Assembly (NCBI GenBank): GCA_038042445.1 | Contig: JBBTED010000047.1 | Location: 1 to 28,462 of the forward strand | DNA length: 28,462 bases | Source of the DNA: Candidatus Firestoneibacteriota bacterium | Lineage (GTDB): Bacteria; Oederibacteriota; D2-FULL-39-29; JBBTED01 | Direction of reading: 5' to 3' | Shown here: positions 1 through 9,359 of the stretch, one piece after another | How the letters are laid out: each line of letters begins with the position of its first letter | How positions within the stretch are numbered: position 1 is the first letter of the stretch | Translations under genes and position numbers: made by a program | Notes under the pieces: generated by a model | The model's input: only the letters and a program-made list of their open reading frames with translations | Told to the model about the DNA's origin: nothing | Databases searched by the model: none

Positions 1-151
1 TTTGTGCTGGAAACTTAAAAATAGAGGTTTTTTGAAATTTTGGGGAAACTCCACCAAAACGATTTCTTGACTTATAGCAAATAAACGTCTAAAATAAGTA
101 GATAATCAGAAACTTCGTATATTAATTGTTAGAAAAATAGGAGCATGATTA

Positions 152-574
152 ATGTTTAAAGCATTAACAAAATTATTCTTTAATAACAAATCAAAAAACG
201 ATTTAATTATTGAAGGGAAATATTTTGAAAAATATAATGATATTCTTAATCAACAAAATATATTGCAACTTATAGAAGAATACAAAACAGGAATTATTGT
301 ATTTGAACCGATCCGCAAAACAATAACAGAACAGAAGCAGGACTGTTTATATACAAAAATAGATAATTCAAACTTATTAACGCACGAAGAGAAATTTGAA
401 ACTATTATTGGTTTAATGATGATTTTTGATGGTTCCTTTCCAGACGATGCAATAGTATCTCAATTGGGTAAAGTATTTGGAAAAGAATTTATGGATACCA
501 TTAAACAGAAACGCAATGAATTCAAAAATGAAATTGCCGTAAAAAGAGTTATTAAATACCTTAAAAGCAAATAA
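152..574 (+). CDS. hypothetical protein (possible cassette gene)
   Basis: 140-aa ORF with upstream AGGAG; no recognisable motif. Confidence 0.7.
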   Translation: MFKALTKLFFNNKSKNDLIIEGKYFEKYNDILNQQNILQLIEEYKTGIIVFEPIRKTITEQKQDCLYTKIDNSNLLTHEEKFETIIGLMMIFDGSFPDDAIVSQLGKVFGKEFMDTIKQKRNEFKNEIAVKRVIKYLKSK

Positions 575-583
575 AGATAAATT

Positions 584-895
584 ATGCTCCCCTCCAATAA
601 ATCACAAGAAATAGCATCTGCCTTTCAGTGTTTTGTAAAAACCGGAGATAAAACAAACATAGCAAATATTAAGTATGCAGAACTTGAGTCTGCAATACTT
701 CAATATAGCTCAGCTAGGAAGGAGAGTTATTATAAAGCAATGGAATCAAAACTACAGGAATTAAAAGACCTTAAAACTGAATCAAAAAATAGTATAAAAA
801 CACAAAAAAGGCTTTTTTTAGGTATTCTAATCGGTATTATTATTACTGTAATAGGTGGCATACTTTTACATATAATTATAAAAACATATTTCTAA
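584..895 (+). CDS. hypothetical protein with C-terminal transmembrane helix
   Basis: 103-aa ORF 9 bp after the previous gene; hydrophobic C-terminus LFLGILIGIIITVIGGILLHIII. Confidence 0.7.
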   Translation: MLPSNKSQEIASAFQCFVKTGDKTNIANIKYAELESAILQYSSARKESYYKAMESKLQELKDLKTESKNSIKTQKRLFLGILIGIIITVIGGILLHIIIKTYF

Positions 896-990
896 TAAAT
901 CAATCTATCCGACCGAAAAAAACGCGACGACTGAAGAAGCTGCAGCCGTTTGTGAAATTTTGGTGGAACTCCACAAATATGCAGGTTATA
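890..990 (+). repeat. degenerate attC-like site and hairpin
   Basis: TTCTAATAAATCAATC overlaps the stop codon (inverse-core-like; AAT instead of AAC); GTT at 948 and 985; hairpin TTTGTGGAATT...AACTCCACAAA; 956-974 matches 36-54 at 17/19 positions. Confidence 0.4.
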
Positions 991-997
991 ACGATAA

Positions 998-1264
998 TTA
1001 GGATTGGCGGTAAACTTCTTTTCTATGGCGAACTCTATATATAGTAACTATATGTGCTTTATCATCAATTTCATATAAAATTCTATAATCTCCAATTCTT
1101 AATCGCCATCTGTTTTCTTCACCACTTAGTTTTAGTGTTCCTTGAGGCCTTGTATTTTCTGATAAATTTTTGATTTTATTGATGATAACTTTTATAAGAG
1201 GTTTGTCAAGATGTCGGATGTCCTTTTGGGCAATTTCTTTTATGATAATATTATAATAAGCCAT
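998..1264 (-). CDS. RelE/ParE family toxin (type II TA)
   Basis: 88 aa; KLSG...WRLRIGDYRILYEIDD...RVRHRKEVY signature. Confidence 0.92.
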   Translation of the reverse strand: MAYYNIIIKEIAQKDIRHLDKPLIKVIINKIKNLSENTRPQGTLKLSGEENRWRLRIGDYRILYEIDDKAHIVTIYRVRHRKEVYRQS

Positions 1265-1460
1265 TTCTTTTTAGTTCTTGTTCAAATTTATCAAACGGTA
1301 CTGCTCTTTCATTTTTAAATTTCTCAAATTCTTTTATATCTTCTTTATCTTCAGCTATCTGCAAGAGATTTTTGTAAGTTTGCATGCTTAACACCACAGC
1401 TTTTGGCAATCCGTTCTCATCCACTAAAAATTCTGTTTTTCTTTCTTTAATTTTTTGCAT
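1251..1460 (-). CDS. antitoxin partner of the RelE toxin (resembles Phd/YefM C-terminal region)
   Basis: 69 aa, upstream of and overlapping the toxin; NGLPKAVVLS..Y..L...EDKED pattern; GGAGG RBS. Confidence 0.8.
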   Translation of the reverse strand: MQKIKERKTEFLVDENGLPKAVVLSMQTYKNLLQIAEDKEDIKEFEKFKNERAVPFDKFEQELKRNGLL

Positions 1461-1512
1461 ATTTTCCTCCTAATTATATTAGAATTTCTATACTTTTAAT
1501 TTTCTGATCCTT

Positions 1513-1567
1513 AAGCTATTTAAATAGCTTTTAAAAACATTATATAGCACGGTTATTCGAGAATCAA
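1513..1567 (-). promoter_or_regulatory. sigma70 promoter with downstream palindromic operator for the TA pair
   Basis: Minus strand TTGATT(1567-1562)-17 bp-TATAAT(1544-1539); perfect palindrome AAGCTATTTAAATAGCTT at 1513-1530. Confidence 0.65.
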
Positions 1568-1654
1568 TATATATATTTCCATAATTGTTGCCAGAGTTTC
1601 ATTATTACATTTAAAAAAGAGAAATAAAAGCTACATCTTAATTGTATAGAAGCA

Positions 1655-3616
1655 TTAAAATTTTGAAAGAGTGGATTTTGCAATAGCCAAAGCAACTACA
1701 CTTGAAAAAGACTGGAACAACTGATCCTGGTCAGGAGTTAAAAACTGCTCTGCATAACTGTTTTTTAATCCAATAACTCCAATAGTTTTATCCTGTACTT
1801 TAAGAGGTAAATAGTACCATAAAGATGACGAAAGAGTATTAGTACTTCTGCCTGCAGACTGACTATTGCTATATACCCATGTTGCTACAGCTTTATCTGT
1901 TTCGCTAAAATTAACATCGTTTTTATCTTTTGCTGCAACCTCTATTTTTCCAGAAGTGTCCGGCAAAAAAATCACAACATTGCATTCAAACGCTTCATAA
2001 ATATTCTTTACTGCGCGATTTAAAATATCCTCTAAATTACCCGCTGACATAACACTTTTCGTAAATCCATATAGTGAATAAATGAATTTTTCTCTGTGTA
2101 TGGAACTCTCTGCTTTCTGACGCAATGATTTAGCAAGATAACTAATAATAAGCGATACAAGAATAAATACTGCAAAAGCAGGTAAATATCTAACATCCAC
2201 ACGAAATGCAAAAAAAGGCGGGATAAAAAAGAAATCAAAAAAAGCTACAGCAAGCAATGATGTAAATAAAGCAACACGCAATCCTCCAAAAATTCCACTT
2301 GCTATTGCAGGTAAAAGCAATATCATTGCAATATTAATAGAATCTAATCTCTCCCGCAAAAGTATTCCAATAGCAGTAGTAACAACTACAGCAAAGAATG
2401 AGATTATATATATTTTAATATTTCTCTTTTGAGTAAATCTATATTCTTTAACCTTCTCATATGATTTCTGTGTACTTGCAATTAACACATTAATATTATT
2501 ACTATTTCTAATCAAATTATCTAATATGGACCCCTTTAAAAACCGCTCATACCAATTTCTTTCTGAAGAACCTGCAACAATAAGCGTTATATTTTTACTT
2601 CGGGCAAAATTTAACATTTGTTCCGCAACATTAGTTCCATTAAGCAAAACAACCATAGCTCCAAGCTCTTCAGCTAATCTGATATTTTTATTAAGTTGTA
2701 AACTGCTTTTTTTATCCATTTTAATCTGCTGAAGAGATTCTACATAAACAGCATACCACTCAGCCTTTAAATCCTCTGCCATCTTATGCGTAAACCTGAG
2801 AAGATGTTCTGAAGACTGGCTGGAACTTATACCTGTCATAAGCCTGGTGCCTACAAACCAAGGAGCTGATACGGTATTTTTATGCATATAGTCGCGAACA
2901 TCTTCATCAACTTGTTTTGCTGTATAATTAAGCGAAAGCTCCCGAAGAACAAGAAGATTTCCTTTTTTAAAAAACTGTTTCATTGCCTGCTCTGCTTTTT
3001 TGGGGATATAAACTTTGCCTTCTTTAAAACGTTCAATAAGTTTTTCCGGTGTCAAATCAACAAGCTCTACTTCTGAAGCTTCAGCAAGTATACGATCTGG
3101 CACTGTTTCACTAATCTTTATACCTGATACCTGCTGAACAACATCAACCATACTTTCAATATGCTGAATATTAATAGTAGTAAAAACATCAATGCCTGCA
3201 TTCAGCAACTCCTCAACATCCTGATAACGTTTTATGTGACGTGAACCTGGAGCATTTGTATGAGCAAGTTCATCAATAAGAACAAGAGAAGGCCGACGAA
3301 TAAGCACAGCGTCAATATCCATCTCATACAAAACAATACCTGAATATTCCACTTTCTTTCGCGGAATGATTTCAAGTCCCAAAAGCATTGCTTCAGTTTC
3401 TTTTCTTCCATGAGTTTCCACTACAGCAATGCAAACTGATTTATTACTATTTTTTGCTGCCTGCGATTCCTGAAGCATACGAAAAGTTTTGCCTACTCCC
3501 GCAGAATATCCAAGAAATATTTTAAGCTTGCCTTTTCCTTTAATTTCCGAATTCTCTATTTCTTCTCTTTTGACCTGCTCAAGAAGTATATCAGGATCCG
3601 GTCTTTTTTCTTCCAT
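1655..3616 (-). CDS. kdpD: KdpD-like sensor lacking the histidine kinase domain
   Basis: GKLKIFLGYSAGVGKT, DELAHTNAPGSRH.KRYQD, Usp region, four-TM region, GAF-like region; stops at 653 aa with no H-box or ATPase boxes. Confidence 0.9.
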   Translation of the reverse strand: MEEKRPDPDILLEQVKREEIENSEIKGKGKLKIFLGYSAGVGKTFRMLQESQAAKNSNKSVCIAVVETHGRKETEAMLLGLEIIPRKKVEYSGIVLYEMDIDAVLIRRPSLVLIDELAHTNAPGSRHIKRYQDVEELLNAGIDVFTTINIQHIESMVDVVQQVSGIKISETVPDRILAEASEVELVDLTPEKLIERFKEGKVYIPKKAEQAMKQFFKKGNLLVLRELSLNYTAKQVDEDVRDYMHKNTVSAPWFVGTRLMTGISSSQSSEHLLRFTHKMAEDLKAEWYAVYVESLQQIKMDKKSSLQLNKNIRLAEELGAMVVLLNGTNVAEQMLNFARSKNITLIVAGSSERNWYERFLKGSILDNLIRNSNNINVLIASTQKSYEKVKEYRFTQKRNIKIYIISFFAVVVTTAIGILLRERLDSINIAMILLLPAIASGIFGGLRVALFTSLLAVAFFDFFFIPPFFAFRVDVRYLPAFAVFILVSLIISYLAKSLRQKAESSIHREKFIYSLYGFTKSVMSAGNLEDILNRAVKNIYEAFECNVVIFLPDTSGKIEVAAKDKNDVNFSETDKAVATWVYSNSQSAGRSTNTLSSSLWYYLPLKVQDKTIGVIGLKNSYAEQFLTPDQDQLFQSFSSVVALAIAKSTLSKF

Positions 3617-3625
3617 ATCATCACC

Positions 3626-4195
3626 TTAATTTTTTTTGTTAATATTATCAAGAGAAAGATTCAATTTTAAAACGTTTACGCCTTGTCTTCCCCAAATTCC
3701 AAAAAAATCATTATCAGTATTTTGTTCAATAAGTTCTTTCAACATTTCATATGAAACACCACGAATCCGCGCAACACGATACGCCTGAATAAACGCATTC
3801 TCAAGTGAAATATGCGGATCAAGTCCGCTCGCCGAAGCGAGCACCATATCAGCAGGCAAATTTTTATCAAATATTTTGTTTACTGTCTGTTCTTTTTTAA
3901 TTCTTTCCGCAACCTGTTTTATAAATTTTTCACTGGAAGGTCCGTAATTACTCGCCCCTGAACCTGATGCATTATAATCAACAGCAGAAGGTCTGCTATG
4001 AAAATATTTTGCACTAGCAAAACTTTGCCCAATAAGTTCAGAGCCTATTACTATATTGTTTTTCACTATTAAGCTTCCATTCGCCTGATAAGGAAAACCT
4101 ATCTGTGCAATAAATAAAATAAACAATGGATAACATATTCCAAGCAAAAAAGAAAACAAAATTAATGCTAAAAACGATCTTACAACAATCTTCAT
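3626..4195 (-). CDS. kdpC: K+-transporting ATPase subunit C
   Basis: FPYQANGS, GSELIGQSF, YFHSRPSA, SGASN, ASASGLDPHIS, VNVLKLNL. Confidence 0.95.
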   Translation of the reverse strand: MKIVVRSFLALILFSFLLGICYPLFILFIAQIGFPYQANGSLIVKNNIVIGSELIGQSFASAKYFHSRPSAVDYNASGSGASNYGPSSEKFIKQVAERIKKEQTVNKIFDKNLPADMVLASASGLDPHISLENAFIQAYRVARIRGVSYEMLKELIEQNTDNDFFGIWGRQGVNVLKLNLSLDNINKKN

Positions 4196-4214
4196 ATTAA
4201 ATCTCCTTGCGTAA

Positions 4215-5711
4215 CTATACTAAATGCAAAAAAACAATAATCATATCTATAAGTTTAATCCCAATAAAAGGCAACACGAATCCCCCAAGCCCGTATATAA
4301 GAACATTTCTTTTTAATAAATCAGAAGCTGAAGTGTATTTACACCTCACTCCCTTAAGCGAAAGAGGAATGAGTAATGGAATAATTATCGCATTAAAAAT
4401 CACTGCTGAAAGCACAGCGCTTTGAGGAGTTGATAGTCTCATAATATTCAACATAGCTAACCCTGCTAAAGACGGAATTATTGCAAAATATTTAGATACA
4501 TCATTTGCCACGCTAAATGTGGTTAAAGCACCTCTTGTGATTAAAATCTGTTTTCCGATTTCGACTATATCAAGAAGCTTGGTTGGATTAGAATCAAGGT
4601 CAATCATATTAGATGCTTCCCTCGCTGATTGCGTACCTGCATTCATTGCAACAGCTACATCCGCCTGGGCAAGAGCAGGAGCATCATTAGTCCCATCTCC
4701 AATCATAGCCACCATATATCCCCTACGTTGGAATTCACGAATGCAGTGAAGTTTTGTCTCAGGTTTTGCAGGAGCAATAAAATCGCCGACTCCAGCTTCT
4801 GCGGCAATAACTACTGCTGTAAGCGGATTATCTCCTGTAATCATCATTGATTCTATACCCATTGATTGAAGCTGGCTAAGCCTCTCTTTAATACCGTGTT
4901 TTAATACATCCTTAAGCTTTATAATTCCAAGAACTCTGCCATTTTCGCACACAGCTAAAGGTGTTCCCCCATCACTTGCAATGCTGTCTGAAATACGCAA
5001 AGCATTATCGGAAAATTCCGTATTATAAGATTTCACGAAAATTGCAACTGATTCAGAAGCACCTTTGCGTATTTTTTTTCCTTCAATATCTACACCACTC
5101 ATTCTCGTCTCAGCACTGAATTTAATAAAACGTGCTCCATCAGGAGTTTTTATATCGATACTTTTCAATTTAAGTTTTTCTTTTGCAAGAATAATAACGC
5201 TTCTACCTTCGGGTGTTTCATCAACCAACGAAGACAAAAGAGCAGCTTTAGCTAATTCTTCTTCGCTTACTCCCTCTTCAGGAAAAAATTCTGTCGCTAC
5301 TCTATTGCCAAGTGTAATAGTACCTGTTTTATCTAAAAGCACAACATTAACATCTCCTGCGGCCTCTACAGCTTTACCACTCATAGCAACAACATTATGG
5401 CTTAAAAGCCTGTCCATTCCAGCTATACCAATTGCAGGTAGTAAACCTCCAATAGTCGTAGGCATTAGACAAACTAATAGAGAAATTAAAACAGGTACGG
5501 AAATAACAATACCCGTATATCCTGCAAAATAATTCAACGTAATTACAACAACAATAAAAAGAACAGTAAGTCCTATAAGAAGAATTTCAAGAGCTTTCTC
5601 ATTGGGCGTTTTCTGACGCTTTGCACTTTCAACCATTTTCACCATATGATCTATAAAAGTCTCTCCAGGATTAACGGTAACTCTAACTTTAATTTGTCCT
5701 GAAAGAACTTT
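4215..5711 (-). pseudogene. kdpB: 5'-truncated K+-transporting ATPase subunit B
   Basis: [15 protein letters not shown] and RQKTPNE present; in-frame homology extends upstream of the ORF start ([23 protein letters not shown]) to about 5711 and then stops; N-terminal TM helices and TGES motif absent. Confidence 0.85.
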
Positions 5712-5745
5712 TGCTCTTTTAGGACATTATCATTTTGCGGTGACA
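5711..5745. mobile_element. putative IS terminal remnant (IS1202/ISNCY-like end)
   Basis: TTGCTCTTTTAGGACATTATCATTTTGCGGTGACA resembles, from recall, GGACATT...TTGC..TGACA ends of this IS group; lies at the kdpB breakpoint; no transposase present. Confidence 0.5.
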
Positions 5746-5779
5746 CACATATCAAAACAGATACCATTTTCACAAAATA

Positions 5780-5842
5780 ATGTAGAAGGGTCTTTAGACC
5801 CGAATAATTTCTTAACATTCGCCTCTAAAGAGGCTTCTACAT
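5780..5842. repeat. GTAG-type REP doublet (REPIN-like)
   Basis: 26-bp inverted arms at 5780-5805 and 5817-5842, each with GTAG followed by an internal hairpin (GGGTC-TTTA-GACCC and GCCTC-TTTA-GAGGC). Confidence 0.75.
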
Positions 5843-5859
5843 AAAAATTTCATTTCCCA

Positions 5860-6780
5860 TTATTTCTTTTTCATAAATATTTCTACTTCTTTTTTTGTAG
5901 GTACAGATGATTGAGCTCCAAGTTTCGTTACTGTTAATGCTCCAACATAATTAGCATAAGATACGGATTCTAATAAACTTTTTCCCTGTGCATAACCTAC
6001 AGCTAAAGCACCGGTAAAAGCATCTCCAGCAGCAGTAGTATCAACTGTTTTTACTTTTATTCCCTTAACATAATGTATTTCTTTTCCTGTTGCTAATAGT
6101 GCACCTTTTTCACCCAATTTTAAAATTACTGTTTTAACACCTAAGTTCAAAAACTTTTTTGCTGCTATTTTAGCTGTTTCAATATTTTTTATTTTAACTC
6201 CTATTAATATCTCTGTTTCTGTTTCATTTGGAGATATAATGTCTATTTTTTTAAATATATTATTTGGTAATTTTCGGGCAGGACCAGCATCTAATAATAC
6301 AGGCACATTATATTTATTAGCTAATGATATAGCATAGGAAACTATTTCAAAAGGTATTTCAAGCTGAACAACTAAAATACTTGCCTTTGCTAAAACAGGA
6401 ATAACTTTATCAATATCTTTTTTACAACATTCTCTATTTGCACCAGCAGACACCAAAATACTATTATCACCATTTTTATCAATCATAACCAAAGCCATAC
6501 CAGTGGGAGATTTTTTATCTATAGTCAAATAATTCGTAATTACATTTGATTTTTTTAGGTTACTCGCTAAAGTAGTGCCAAAAGAATCATTGCCTCTTCT
6601 GCCAACAAATATTGATTTTCCACCCAACTTAGCTACTGCTACAGCCTGATTAGCTCCTTTACCACCCGGAATCATTTTATAATTTTCATTGCACAAAACA
6701 GTCTCACCTAATTTGGGCAATCTGGCTGCCTGCATTACCAAATCCATATTTAAACTACCTATCACTACTATATCTTTCAT
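5860..6780 (-). CDS. rbsK: ribokinase
   Basis: GSLNMDLV, PGGKGANQAVA, PNETE, DTTAAGDAF PfkB motifs. Confidence 0.92.
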   Translation of the reverse strand: MKDIVVIGSLNMDLVMQAARLPKLGETVLCNENYKMIPGGKGANQAVAVAKLGGKSIFVGRRGNDSFGTTLASNLKKSNVITNYLTIDKKSPTGMALVMIDKNGDNSILVSAGANRECCKKDIDKVIPVLAKASILVVQLEIPFEIVSYAISLANKYNVPVLLDAGPARKLPNNIFKKIDIISPNETETEILIGVKIKNIETAKIAAKKFLNLGVKTVILKLGEKGALLATGKEIHYVKGIKVKTVDTTAAGDAFTGALAVGYAQGKSLLESVSYANYVGALTVTKLGAQSSVPTKKEVEIFMKKK

Positions 6781-6789
6781 TTTCTCCTC

Positions 6790-7479
6790 CTAAATTATAT
6801 TTAAGGGGTCAATAAGTTCGCTATTTTGTAAAACATAAGTGCCTGTTCTTTTAACTTTAAAAAGAACACTTTTTTCTTTTGGTAAATTGAATAATTTTTC
6901 GATTACCTCATGAGGACGTATATTTTTTTCATTGCCTATATTTACTGCCATACGAAGTTTAGACCCATCAAAAACCGTGAATTTAACAATTGAGTTTTTA
7001 ATATCTATTTGTTTAATTCCTGTTTTTGTCCAGTGGTCAACTACAATTGCTTGTTGGTTCATAAAATTTTCCACTTCTGTGTTTAAATTTTCACAATCGA
7101 CAAAATTTGGGATTTCAATTTCATAATGCGCAAAATTGATTATTACTGTAAGTGCTTTTGCAATTATCGGAATTTTCTTTGCCTCAAGTAAATTTAGTCC
7201 TTGTGGAAGTTGTCCTTGTAGTCTTTGGAAAAATATTCCAGCATCTGTTGGTTTTTCCATTTCAAAATCCGCATATTCTTGTAATCCTTCTGTTCCAACA
7301 GGAAGTGGAAAACTAAATGTCATGGACATTTTTGGATTAAATCCTCCACTAAAAGAAATAGGCAAATTTGCTCTTAAAATTGCTTTAGAAAATACATTTC
7401 TTACATCCAAGTGAGACAGAAACTTCATTGCATCTACTTTAGAATATTTTATCCTTATTTTATGAAGTGGTTTTTCCAT
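6790..7479 (-). CDS. TIGR03936-type radical SAM-associated protein (DUF2344)
   Basis: KFLSHLD, FSGGFNP, PLPVGTEG..EY.D; directly follows the radical SAM gene. Confidence 0.88.
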   Translation of the reverse strand: MEKPLHKIRIKYSKVDAMKFLSHLDVRNVFSKAILRANLPISFSGGFNPKMSMTFSFPLPVGTEGLQEYADFEMEKPTDAGIFFQRLQGQLPQGLNLLEAKKIPIIAKALTVIINFAHYEIEIPNFVDCENLNTEVENFMNQQAIVVDHWTKTGIKQIDIKNSIVKFTVFDGSKLRMAVNIGNEKNIRPHEVIEKLFNLPKEKSVLFKVKRTGTYVLQNSELIDPLNII

Positions 7480-9217
7480 ATACTTTTTCTATTTCCTTTT
7501 TTAAACCTTCTTTTGATACACCATAAGAAATATGATCCCATGGCAAAATTTCCTCATATTCTCTTTTTCTGTTTGCATAAAATGCAGGGTCGATTTTGCA
7601 TTCCTCAAATGCTTTTTCCCAGTTTAAAAATTTAAAATGCTCTGCCCAACTATCAAATCTGCATCCAAGTTTGTATGCAGCAAATAATACTTTACCTAAT
7701 CTTCTGTCTCCTCTTGCAAAAACAGCTTCTAATAAACTTACATTAACATCATGCCATTTTATATCACCTTGCAACAACCTTCGCAAAATTGATATTTTGT
7801 TTCTCAAAGTTTCGCCTTTATCCTGTGCCTCCCATTGAAAAACAGTATGCGATTTTGGAATAAAACTTGAAATACTTACATTGATTTTAGGGTGTTTTAC
7901 ATTCAGGGATCTACCTATTTTTATTGCTTTTTTAACAGTTGAAGAAATTTCACGAACATCTTCTTCTTGTTCTGTTGGAAGCCCTATCATAAAATAAAGC
8001 TTTATTAAATCCCAACCTGAACTATAAACAGTATGAATTGTTTTCATCAAATCTTCTTCTGTAGTATTTTTATTTATCACATCCCGCATTCTCTGTGTGC
8101 CTGCTTCCGGCGCAAAAGTCAAACCAACTTTTCTTACTTTTTGCAAAAGAGATGCAATTTCCACAGAAAAAGAATCCACTCTCAAAGAAGGAAGTGAAAT
8201 AGATATATATTTTGGAGCAAATAAAGTGTTTAGTCTTTCAATTATTTCTTTTATCTGACTATGGTCTGTTGTACATAAAGATGACAGTGATATTTCATTA
8301 TATCCAGTATTTTTTATACCCTCTATAGCAATTTTTTCTATTTCCTCAATGTTTCTTTCCCTTACAGGCCTGTATATACTACCTGCACAGCAGAATCTAC
8401 ACGCTCTTTTGCAACCACGCATAATTTCTATAGTCAATCTGTCATGTATAACTTCTGTAAGTGATACAACTTGGCTTACAGGATACGACGCAGTGTTTAA
8501 ATCTTTTATAATTCTTTTTTCAATTTTTAATGGCACATTTTCTTCTTTTGGAGTTATAGAACTAATAGTTCCATCTGAATTGTATTTAACTTCATAAAAA
8601 GATGGAACATAAATTCCGGATAATTTGCTAAGTGCAAGCAGAATTTCTTTTCTTGTTTTATTTTTGTTTTCTTTATAAACATCAATTATTTCATTTATTA
8701 TTTCTTCTCCTTCTCCTATTACAAAAACATCAATAAAATCTGCAAGAGGTTCAGGATTAGATGTGCAAGGACCACCAGCTATAACAATAGGGTCACTATC
8801 ATTTCTGTCCTTTGCAAATATTGGAATTTTACCTAACTCAAGTATTTGCAAAATATTTGTATAATTCATTTCATACTGAACTGAAAAACCAATAATATCA
8901 AATTCTGATAATGGTGTATAAGATTCCAAAGTAAATAGTGGAAGATTTTTTTCTTTAAGTAATAACTCCATATCAATCCAAGGTGCATAAACTCTTTCTG
9001 CCAAACAATCCTGCCTGCTATTTATTATTTCGTATATTATCTTAAAACCCAGATATGACATCCCAATTTCATACACATCAGGAAAAGCCAAAGCAATTTT
9101 AACATCCACCAAACTATGGGATTTCAAAACAGAGTTTATCTCCCCACCTATATACCTCACTGGCTTATTCACCAACGGCAAAATTTCGGTTATTTGCTCT
9201 CTAAAAAAATTTGCCAT
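7460..9217 (-). CDS. TIGR03960-type radical SAM protein
   Basis: KPVRYIGGE, FPDVYEIGMS, RGCKRACRFC (CxxxCxxC), TFAPEAG, KLYFMIGLP; start at 9217 preferred over 9235 because a -10 box lies at 9231-9226. Confidence 0.9.
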   Translation of the reverse strand: MANFFREQITEILPLVNKPVRYIGGEINSVLKSHSLVDVKIALAFPDVYEIGMSYLGFKIIYEIINSRQDCLAERVYAPWIDMELLLKEKNLPLFTLESYTPLSEFDIIGFSVQYEMNYTNILQILELGKIPIFAKDRNDSDPIVIAGGPCTSNPEPLADFIDVFVIGEGEEIINEIIDVYKENKNKTRKEILLALSKLSGIYVPSFYEVKYNSDGTISSITPKEENVPLKIEKRIIKDLNTASYPVSQVVSLTEVIHDRLTIEIMRGCKRACRFCCAGSIYRPVRERNIEEIEKIAIEGIKNTGYNEISLSSLCTTDHSQIKEIIERLNTLFAPKYISISLPSLRVDSFSVEIASLLQKVRKVGLTFAPEAGTQRMRDVINKNTTEEDLMKTIHTVYSSGWDLIKLYFMIGLPTEQEEDVREISSTVKKAIKIGRSLNVKHPKINVSISSFIPKSHTVFQWEAQDKGETLRNKISILRRLLQGDIKWHDVNVSLLEAVFARGDRRLGKVLFAAYKLGCRFDSWAEHFKFLNWEKAFEECKIDPAFYANRKREYEEILPWDHISYGVSKEGLKKEIEKVYGKTTS

Positions 9218-9225
9218 ATTGCTCA

Positions 9226-9255
9226 AGTATATCATATTTTATCTAGGAGTGCCAA
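9226..9255 (-). promoter_or_regulatory. sigma70 promoter of the radical SAM gene
   Basis: Minus strand TTGGCA-18 bp-TATACT with extended TG; ATG 8 nt downstream. Confidence 0.55.
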
Positions 9256-9359
9256 GAAAACAAGAAAAGTTACCCCTCAGAAATTAATTTTCTCTTATAG
9301 TTATTTTTTGGATGTCGGTTCCACTGATTAAGTAGTAAGTAGAATAAAATGATACTCGC

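Noticed and set aside
2032..8597. Short alternative-frame and antisense ORFs within kdpD, kdpB and the radical SAM pair
   Set aside because: They overlap well-supported genes and have no motifs or RBS; shadow ORFs.
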